Below, piece after piece: positions 8,996 to 15,669 of a stretch of 64,000 nt of DNA. The DNA comes from Janthinobacterium sp. (lineage in GTDB: Bacteria; Pseudomonadota; Gammaproteobacteria; Burkholderiales; Chitinibacteraceae), in NCBI GenBank assembly GCA_025360045.1, contig JANYCY010000087.1, positions 23,398-87,397 of the forward strand, read 5' to 3'. The first letter of the stretch is position 1. Each line of letters starts with the position of its first letter. Made by a program: the position numbers and the translations under genes. The notes beneath the pieces were generated by a model. The model was not told the DNA's origin and ran no database searches. It saw nothing but the letters and a program-made list of their open reading frames with translations.

Positions 8996-11116
8996 TCAAG
9001 CAGGCTCACAAACTTTTTTTTGATCAAACACCAACTTGCCACGTTCCATCACCACCACTCTATCGGCCATCGCGATGGTTTCTGGTCGATGAGCAATAAT
9101 AATCCGAGTGATTTTAAGCTGCTTAATCGCGGCATTGACATGCTGCTCACGGCTAACATCTAAATGAGATGTTGCCTCGTCGAGCACAAGAATTTTTGGC
9201 TGCTTATATAATGCTCTGGCTAATAAAACACGTTGTTTTTGCCCGCCAGAAAGGGATGTTCCCATATCGCCAACAAGCGTGTTGTAAGCCATAGGCATGG
9301 TTAAAATATCGTCATGTATGGCGGCCATTAGTGCGCATTGCAGCATGCGGTTTTGATCGGGCTGTGGATCAAAGAAAGTAATATTATCTTCGATAGAGCC
9401 AGCAAATAGGCTATCGTCTTGCATCACCGTACCAAACAGGCTGCGATATTGGCTTAAACCTATTTGTCTAGGTGTTAAGCCGCCTAATTTAATCTCACCC
9501 GCTGTTGGTTCTAAAATACCCAAAATGATTTTAGCCAGTGTCGTTTTACCGCAGCCCGATCCGCCTGTAATGGCAATACATTCGCCAGCTTTAATTTGCA
9601 GATCAAAATGATCAAGCACATTAGGGTCGAGAGGTGAATATCTAAAGCCTGTGCCATTTAATGAAATATTTAAATCAGCAGGAGATTGTCCCAATACGGC
9701 TTTGGCTTCTTCTGGTTCAGCCAAAACAATATCGGCTAAGCGCTCGCCGTGTAACTTTAATAAACGGAACTCTAAAAATTTATCAATTAAGCCAGCCATA
9801 CGGCTACTAAATTGATCTTTATAGGATAAATAGGCAAATAGCATCCCGACGCTAAGGCTAGAATTCATAACGGCCAAAGCCCCCAGCCAAATGACAATAC
9901 TTCTTTCAAATCCAAATAATAATGTTTGGCCATTTTGAAAAATAATCAGCATCTTTTGCTGGCTTAAGTGGCTATTAAACTGATTAACCAGTTGATTTAG
10001 CCAAACAACTCGCCGTTCTTCTACACGGTTAAATAGTTTTACACTCTGAATACCACGCACACTTTCCATAAAACTTGATTGTGCTTTAGCGGTATGAATC
10101 ATTTCTTCTTGCGATACAGCACGCATGGGTCTGAATAAGGCAAAACGCATCAATGCATAGATTAAGACCGCAGCTATGGTGATGGCCGCTAGCTTTACGC
10201 TATAGAGCAGCATCATAATCAGCGTGCCAATTACTAATACGCCATCAATGGCGGCTTCAACAAAACTATTGGTCAGTGTGCGTTGAATGGTGTCAATGGA
10301 TTGAAAGCGTGAAACAACATCCCCCAAATGGCGTTTTTCAAACCAACTCACTGGCAAAGATAATAAATGGCTAAATACTCGTGCCGCCCATTGATAGCCC
10401 AAGCTGGCACTCATAGCCATCAACACCCAACCGCGTAATGTGCCAATCACGACTTGCACAATAATTAATAGGCCAAAGCCCAGCCCCAATACCATCAGCA
10501 GGTCTTTATCTTGTGCAACTAATACTTCATCGACCACCCATTGCATTTGAAAAGGCAGAGCGATGGCGCAGAGTTGCAGTAATAGAGTGAGAAAGAAAGC
10601 TTGAACTAACGAACGCTTTAAGCCACTGACTTTGCCAAATAGCTGGCTAAAACGTAATGGGCGTGTTTCTTCTTGGTGGGTGAAGGCGCTGGTGGGAGTG
10701 AGTTCTAATGCGATACCAGTAAAGTGCTTACTGAATGCTTGCAAGCTTAATTCGTGCTTGCCTATGGCTGGATCATGAATGATTGCGGAATTTTTTGTGA
10801 CTTCAATTAGCACAACAAAATGGCTCATATCCCAATGCAAAATACACGGCAATTTGAGTTGAGTAAGATGCTCCATTTCTAGTTTTAATGGGCGACTGGC
10901 TAATTCCAAATGTTTGGCAATATCCATTAAATGCTTGAGTGTTGCGCCTTTTAAAGAAGGAGAAAATTGCCGCCGCAAACTATTTAAATCACGCTTATCG
11001 CCACAATGCGCGGCAATCATTGCCAAGCAGGCGAGGCCACATTCGGTGGATTCTGTTTGTAAAATAACTGGGGTGCTGGTACGCCACCCCATATTTAATG
11101 CGGGTAAATAATTCAT
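8996..11116 (-). CDS. Peptidase-containing ABC transporter (PCAT, CvaB/MchF-like) for double-glycine peptides
   Basis: N-terminal C39 domain (QTESTECGLACL, CILHWDMSHFVVL), TM domain, NBD with GGSGCGKT, LSGGQKQR and ILVLDEATS; start set at MNYLP (11116) because the ORF-track extension runs into a REP. Confidence 0.96.
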   Translation of the reverse strand: MNYLPALNMGWRTSTPVILQTESTECGLACLAMIAAHCGDKRDLNSLRRQFSPSLKGATLKHLMDIAKHLELASRPLKLEMEHLTQLKLPCILHWDMSHFVVLIEVTKNSAIIHDPAIGKHELSLQAFSKHFTGIALELTPTSAFTHQEETRPLRFSQLFGKVSGLKRSLVQAFFLTLLLQLCAIALPFQMQWVVDEVLVAQDKDLLMVLGLGFGLLIIVQVVIGTLRGWVLMAMSASLGYQWAARVFSHLLSLPVSWFEKRHLGDVVSRFQSIDTIQRTLTNSFVEAAIDGVLVIGTLIMMLLYSVKLAAITIAAVLIYALMRFALFRPMRAVSQEEMIHTAKAQSSFMESVRGIQSVKLFNRVEERRVVWLNQLVNQFNSHLSQQKMLIIFQNGQTLLFGFERSIVIWLGALAVMNSSLSVGMLFAYLSYKDQFSSRMAGLIDKFLEFRLLKLHGERLADIVLAEPEEAKAVLGQSPADLNISLNGTGFRYSPLDPNVLDHFDLQIKAGECIAITGGSGCGKTTLAKIILGILEPTAGEIKLGGLTPRQIGLSQYRSLFGTVMQDDSLFAGSIEDNITFFDPQPDQNRMLQCALMAAIHDDILTMPMAYNTLVGDMGTSLSGGQKQRVLLARALYKQPKILVLDEATSHLDVSREQHVNAAIKQLKITRIIIAHRPETIAMADRVVVMERGKLVFDQKKVCEPA

Positions 11117-11143
11117 TAGTGTGCTCAATAAAAGGCGTAGCTT

Positions 11144-11202
11144 GTAGGGCGGGTGCAACCCGCGAGCGATGCTGAAAAATACGCGGGTTGCACCCGCCCT
11201 AC
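11144..11202. repeat. GTAG-type REP doublet (REPIN, class 1) between the HlyD and PCAT genes
   Basis: GTAGGGCGGGTGCAACCCGCG...CGCGGGTTGCACCCGCCCTAC perfect inverted arms. Confidence 0.9.
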
Positions 11203-11266
11203 GAAAAAGTCATGTGTTGTATTGGATCAAATTACTGTGCAAGGCGCGCTCGCACGTGAGTAAGCC

Positions 11267-12505
11267 CTAAACCCTTTTCCCCGCACTAATTAATGGCTCA
11301 AACAGCCATTCAATAATCCGGCGGCGGTCTAATTCCACACTGGCTTCTAAACGCATGCCGGGTTTGAAATACTGCGTTTTTCCATAAGCCTGTAAAGATT
11401 CAGCATCAAGCTTTACTCGCACCCGATACAGCGGCTCGCCATTGGCCAAACCCAGTACACTGGGGTCGGTAGTGGCGTCCGAAACCTCACTAACAATACC
11501 GCCTTGCTGGCCAAATTTTTGATAGGGGAAGGCATGCAGGCGCAAATAAACGGCTTGGCCGGTTTTTAAAAAACCTATTGCTGAGCTGGGTGCGTAGAGC
11601 TGAGCTTCTAAATGACTACCTGCAGGCAGCAGCGTGGCTAAGGCAGTATTGGGCTCGACGCGATTACCTTGATGGCTGTTGATCGCTGCGACGACCCCAG
11701 ATGCAGGGGCTGTAACAATAAATCGTCGCTGACCTTCGTTTTCTGCTTGTGCTTGCGAGAGGGTGGAGATCTCTCTTTGCAAAGCACTGATTTGTGATTG
11801 GCTGCGCAATGGTAGCGTTGCTAGCTCGCTTTTTAAGCCAGAGAACTCACGTTGTAGGGCCATTTGATTACGAGTTGTGCTGGCGTATCGGGATTGTAAA
11901 TCGAGCAATTCTTCCTGCTTTTGTTGAATCTGCAAGCTGGAAACAAAGCCTTGCAACGATTGAAACTTGGCGAGGGTTTGCTCGGCCAGATGAACTCGCT
12001 GCTTGCCTAAGCTCACTTCTTGCTGGGTTTGTGCCATTTCTTGCTGCAGCTCTAGCAGATGCCGGCTAAGGTTTTGTGCCTGATCGCCAGCTAGCGTGCG
12101 TAAATAGCCTATTTCATTTTGTAAGTTATTGGTTTTTTCTGTAAGCGACGCATTGCCACGAGCCAGTGCCCCACCACCCCCTGCTGTTTCGCGCTCACCA
12201 CTCAAAACAAACAAAACCTGCCCTGCGACTACGCTTTGTCCTTCACTCACCCTTTGCTCTAGCAGGGTAGCGGCAGTAGGCGTATAGACTTTTAACTCCC
12301 CATATTGAGGGGCAATCAAGCCGCTTAATGTCGCTTTGCGTGAGTATTGGCTTAAAAACAAAAAAGTGATAATAATCAATGATAATAAACAAAATATACT
12401 AATTATTAACCCTGTTTTAAACGGTGAAATTAAAAGAATATTACCGTTTAATTGTGCTCTGCTATTTTCTAGTACGGCACTGCGATAGAGACTGGATCGT
12501 TGCAT
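11267..12505 (-). CDS. HlyD-family membrane fusion protein (CvaA/MchE-like)
   Basis: Single N-terminal TM, long coiled coil, APASGVV lipoyl-like motif, AFPYQKFGQQGG.V, LKPGM-like FKPGMRLEA; directly upstream of the PCAT. Confidence 0.95.
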   Translation of the reverse strand: MQRSSLYRSAVLENSRAQLNGNILLISPFKTGLIISIFCLLSLIIITFLFLSQYSRKATLSGLIAPQYGELKVYTPTAATLLEQRVSEGQSVVAGQVLFVLSGERETAGGGGALARGNASLTEKTNNLQNEIGYLRTLAGDQAQNLSRHLLELQQEMAQTQQEVSLGKQRVHLAEQTLAKFQSLQGFVSSLQIQQKQEELLDLQSRYASTTRNQMALQREFSGLKSELATLPLRSQSQISALQREISTLSQAQAENEGQRRFIVTAPASGVVAAINSHQGNRVEPNTALATLLPAGSHLEAQLYAPSSAIGFLKTGQAVYLRLHAFPYQKFGQQGGIVSEVSDATTDPSVLGLANGEPLYRVRVKLDAESLQAYGKTQYFKPGMRLEASVELDRRRIIEWLFEPLISAGKRV

Positions 12506-12542
12506 TTTAAAAAACTTAATAAAAATAAATGATAAGTAGATA

Positions 12543-12615
12543 TTGACGTAGGTATTTTTTTTTTTGCAATAATTTGTTCAGCTTTTTGAAAGAAAGCTTG
12601 TTGCAAGCTTGATGC
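12543..12615 (+). promoter_or_regulatory. Candidate promoter/operator of the bacteriocin precursor in an AT-rich divergent region
   Basis: TTGACG (12543-12548), T11 tract (12555-12565), AATAAT (12568-12573) and tandem 11-mers AAGCTTGTTGC/AAGCTTGATGC (12594-12615). Confidence 0.4.
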
Positions 12616-12647
12616 TTGTTTGATAAACTTAAATGGAAGTATGAAAA

Positions 12648-12863
12648 ATGCAAGAATTGAATATGATGGAAGTTGGAATGGTGAGTGGTGGTGGAGATGC
12701 AAATGATGCGTGTGTCAATGCTTCTATAGGTTTTTATGGAGCATTAGGTGGCGGGGTTGCCGGTGCAGGCTCATTTGGTTTTGGTGCGATTGCTGGTGCA
12801 ACTTTTGGTTCAGCTGTAGGTGGGTGGGTGGGCAAGCGGCTTTGCAATATGTTCTTTAATTAA
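12648..12863 (+). CDS. Double-glycine-leader bacteriocin/class II microcin precursor (15-aa leader + 56-aa core)
   Basis: Leader MQELNMMEVGMVSGG fits the M-x-x-L-x3-E-hyd-x2-V-S-G-G consensus; Gly/Ala-rich core with two Cys; SD-like GGAAG 8 nt upstream; divergent from PCAT+HlyD. Confidence 0.9.
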   Translation: MQELNMMEVGMVSGGGDANDACVNASIGFYGALGGGVAGAGSFGFGAIAGATFGSAVGGWVGKRLCNMFFN

Positions 12864-12877
12864 GGTTGGCTTAAGTG

Positions 12878-12912
12878 GCTAAGCCATCTTTGTGGTGGCT
12901 TGGCTTTGTTTG
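12878..12912 (+). terminator. Hairpin with U-rich tail between precursor and immunity candidate
   Basis: GCTAAGCCATC-TTTGT-GGTGGCTTGGC (11 bp including G-U pairs) followed by TTTGTTTG. Confidence 0.5.
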
Positions 12913-12946
12913 AAAGGATTGGTTTTATTTTTAGGGCTGTTTGGAT

Positions 12947-13135
12947 ATGCTAAAAAATTTCTTTGCTAGCATTGGTTTGCTAGCTGTCGCATTGGATGTA
13001 AATTTGTACTTTGGCTTTGTGGAGGGGGTTGCTCCATGGGTTAAATATTTTGGTGGAATAGTACTGCTAGCGATAATAATTTTTTCAAATAGAAACAAAG
13101 AGTTGAGGCTTGGCTCCGTAAAAGTAGTCGAATAA
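12947..13135 (+). CDS. Small two-TM membrane protein, candidate bacteriocin immunity protein (62 aa)
   Basis: Two hydrophobic segments (FFASIGLLAVALDVNLYFGFV; WVKYFGGIVLLAIIIFS) and a basic tail; immediately downstream of the precursor. Confidence 0.65.
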   Translation: MLKNFFASIGLLAVALDVNLYFGFVEGVAPWVKYFGGIVLLAIIIFSNRNKELRLGSVKVVE

Positions 13136-13347
13136 TTATTTGGTTTAGGCTAATGAATCTAGTTGGCAAGTGGTTAATTGCTGGGCCGTGGTGGGGGAAA
13201 CTGGGAACAGACCATGGTTAATTTTTAACTGCAAGTTGAACAAATATTAAATTTTTATAGAATGACAGCAGCTGAGCTGCTTTATCGTGATGTAGAAGCG
13301 CCTCAACTGTAAAATACTCAGCTTAATATGTTTTTTTTAAAAACTGC

Positions 13348-14427
13348 ATGCCTGACTCCCAATATTGCCAATTCCGCCTTCGCCTCGCCACAAGCGCCAT
13401 TCGCGAATTGCTTTCTGCCCTAAAACATAATGCCTTGATTGTGTGTGCCTCTGCTGGCATTGGCTTGCTAGGGCTATTAGCCTTTATTGCACTGCCCTTG
13501 TTTTATGCACCTTTATTATCTTGGCCCAAGGCATTGGCAACGGTGCTTGGGCAGTCGGCATTAATGGCTTTGCCGGTGCTTTTGCTTAAAACCACGATCT
13601 TGCCTATGCATATTCGGCCGTGGTTGCGGGCCTTGCCGATTAGTCGCTTTGACTTATGGATGGCCAATGCCTTGGTTTGTGGGCGTTGGATTGCTATTTT
13701 GGCTGGCTTTTATGCAGTTTCGGTGGCGATTTGGTTGTGGCAGTTTCCGCCGTGGCTACAGCCGGTGTGGTATTGGGGCGTGCTGAATGTGTGCTTGCTG
13801 CTGTTGATTAGCTGGGTGTTGGGCACGCTGATTTTGCAGTTTGAATATCAGCCCAAGGCCAAGGCGCTGGCCGTGCCGTCGGCTTTGCGCCTTGTGGCGC
13901 GTTGGCAGGGCTGGCGCTTGGCGTTTCCGCTGTTGATATTGCCGTTTTTTCGGGCAGGAAAGCTGCATATCGCGCTGCGGCAAATTTTTTTGCTCGTGCT
14001 TAGCACATCGACGCTACTTGCATGGTTTTGTCATCAGCAGTTGCATATTGCCGGCGCGCTGCTGGCTTTTTTGTTTAGCGTGAGTTTTGTGATGCTGATT
14101 AGCTTAGGGGATGCGGCGCTTAAGCTGCAGTATCGCCATTTACAGCCGCATATTCAGGCTTGGCCAGTGCAGGCGCAGATGATTAGCCATAGTGCGCGGG
14201 TGTTGGCGGCCTTGCCGTTATTACTAGTCATTGGGCTGTTTTTGCTGCTCGCCGTGCAAAATGAGGCTTTGATTAGCCTTAGGGTGATGTGGGTGTATTG
14301 CTCGGTTGCCTTGCTTGGTCATTTCACAATGATTGCTTTTAGCCAACTGGGCAGTCAGCTACGCGCCATGTTGTTGGTGTTAACCATGGGTATTTTATCT
14401 GCCGCAGGAAGTGAATTATGGCTTTAG
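13348..14427 (+). CDS. Polytopic membrane protein, probable ABC permease
   Basis: About 9-10 hydrophobic segments; LRALPISR motif typical of ABC-2-like permeases; overlaps the downstream ATPase by 10 nt. Confidence 0.7.
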   Translation: MPDSQYCQFRLRLATSAIRELLSALKHNALIVCASAGIGLLGLLAFIALPLFYAPLLSWPKALATVLGQSALMALPVLLLKTTILPMHIRPWLRALPISRFDLWMANALVCGRWIAILAGFYAVSVAIWLWQFPPWLQPVWYWGVLNVCLLLLISWVLGTLILQFEYQPKAKALAVPSALRLVARWQGWRLAFPLLILPFFRAGKLHIALRQIFLLVLSTSTLLAWFCHQQLHIAGALLAFLFSVSFVMLISLGDAALKLQYRHLQPHIQAWPVQAQMISHSARVLAALPLLLVIGLFLLLAVQNEALISLRVMWVYCSVALLGHFTMIAFSQLGSQLRAMLLVLTMGILSAAGSELWL

Positions 14428-15029
14428 CTTTACAGATTGATGCACTGGATTTCTCCTACGCTGGGCGGGCGATTTTTACTGAATGGGGCCATCGTTTTCA
14501 GCTGGGGATTACTTGGCTGCGTGGCAGTAATGGCTCGGGTAAAACCACTTTGCTGAAGATTATCGGCGGGGCAATGGCGGCTCATGCGGGGGAAATTAAG
14601 CTGGGCGATTTGGAGTGCGCGGCTCAGCCGCTGGATTATCGGCGCAAGGTGTTTTTGTGCGCGGGTGAAGCACCTGCTTTGCCGTGGTTAAAAACACGTG
14701 AGTTGTTTGATTTGTATTTATCACTCTACCCCGTGGCGCAGCTCGATAATTTTCACCGCCATTTAGCTGCTTTTGGTTTGCATTCAGTATTGGATCAGCC
14801 AGTGAGCACGCTGTCTTTGGGCCAGCATAAGAAAATGCAGCTGGCGATTGCTTTGGCTTTGCCGGTGAGCTTGTTATTACTAGACGAGCCATTTAATGGC
14901 GTGGATCAGGCGTCATTGGCTTATTTGCAGACGCAATTGGCGCTGACGCAGCGCTTAGCGCAGCAGACCATTATATTAACGAGTCATGTACAGCCTGAGA
15001 TTGCGATTGTGGAGCAGGTGTTTCTGTAG
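14418..15029 (+). CDS. Stand-alone ABC ATP-binding protein (short, 203 aa)
   Basis: GSNGSGKT Walker A, LSLGQ signature, LLLLDEP Walker B, LTSH H-loop. Confidence 0.92.
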   Translation: MALALQIDALDFSYAGRAIFTEWGHRFQLGITWLRGSNGSGKTTLLKIIGGAMAAHAGEIKLGDLECAAQPLDYRRKVFLCAGEAPALPWLKTRELFDLYLSLYPVAQLDNFHRHLAAFGLHSVLDQPVSTLSLGQHKKMQLAIALALPVSLLLLDEPFNGVDQASLAYLQTQLALTQRLAQQTIILTSHVQPEIAIVEQVFL

Positions 15030-15033
15030 CGGG

Positions 15034-15064
15034 CGAAAAACTGTGGGCAAACCACAGTTTTTCG
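15034..15064. terminator. Bidirectional terminator
   Basis: CGAAAAACTGTGG-GCAAA-CCACAGTTTTTCG perfect 13-bp stem between convergent genes. Confidence 0.75.
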
Positions 15065-15089
15065 AAAAGTGCTTTGCTCAGCAGTGGTG

Positions 15090-15329
15090 TTAAGCGATGG
15101 TTTCTAAATCCTCAAGCGGATGTTCCATCGTGACGTCGTTTTCGGTGGGGCGGCGGGCTATCCAGCGGACTTTGACCAGGCTTTTATTGCCGCCTAGTGG
15201 CACAAATACATCGAGTACTTGGCCTTTGCGTCGATCAAGGAGTCGGCCTATTTCTGGTTTAAGGTACTGAATCTGGCTTCTGCGAAACTGTACCATTTGT
15301 TTTGCTTTAATCATCTTGCTCTTCTGCAT
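15090..15329 (-). CDS. Small hypothetical protein (79 aa, or 74 aa from MIKAK)
   Basis: Only sizeable ORF in the gap; protein-like beta-strand pattern (GQVLDVFV..KSLVKVRW); ends at a terminator. Confidence 0.5.
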   Translation of the reverse strand: MQKSKMIKAKQMVQFRRSQIQYLKPEIGRLLDRRKGQVLDVFVPLGGNKSLVKVRWIARRPTENDVTMEHPLEDLETIA

Positions 15330-15506
15330 ATGAATGAGGCCATATTGCTGTGAAACACCATGGGCTTTGAGTTGATTTTTTAAACTGCTGTAAAATTCTG
15401 CGTATGTGTAAGCATGACAAAGATATCGATCGATGCCAATAGGAGTTTACGAACGTGTCCCTTCAATAAGGATCTGGTTCAGGATAATTTCCCGTTTGTG
15501 AAAGAT

Positions 15507-15581
15507 CGTCATTCCCGCGTGCCTTTGGCGGGAATCCAGTCGCGCTGCTGGATCCCCGACTAAAACACTCGAGGATGACGG
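15507..15581. repeat. dRS3-like repeat, copy 2 (orientation B, inverted relative to copy 1)
   Basis: CGTCATTCCCGCG...GGCGGGAATCCAG...CTGGATCCCCGAC...GAGGATGACGG; its reverse complement aligns with 8898-8968. Confidence 0.88.
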
Positions 15582-15631
15582 TTTTATTTGGAATATATCA
15601 TTTTGGAAAGTTGTTTCGAGCTACATCTTAA

Positions 15632-15666
15632 GCAGAAAAAAACCCATCACTCGATGGGTTTTTTGC
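15632..15666. terminator. Intrinsic terminator of the S9 peptidase gene
   Basis: GCAGAAAAAAACCCATCAC-TC-GATGGGTTTTTTGC. Confidence 0.8.
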
Positions 15667-15669
15667 GTT

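Noticed and set aside
8996-12505. PCAT+HlyD as a RaxAB (sulfated RaxX) or RTX type I secretion system
   Set aside because: No sulfotransferase and no RTX/large passenger gene; an adjacent Gly-rich double-Gly precursor explains the exporter
12525-12545. Fur box upstream of the exporter/precursor (AATGATAAG...)
   Set aside because: Only one half-site matches (about 9 of 19 consensus positions) in an AT-rich region; suggestive given iron control of microcin V but unsupported
13153-13221. 22-aa ORF MNLVGKWLIAGPWWGKLGTDHG as a second peptide of a two-component bacteriocin
   Set aside because: No double-Gly leader, weak ribosome-binding site, and too short to support
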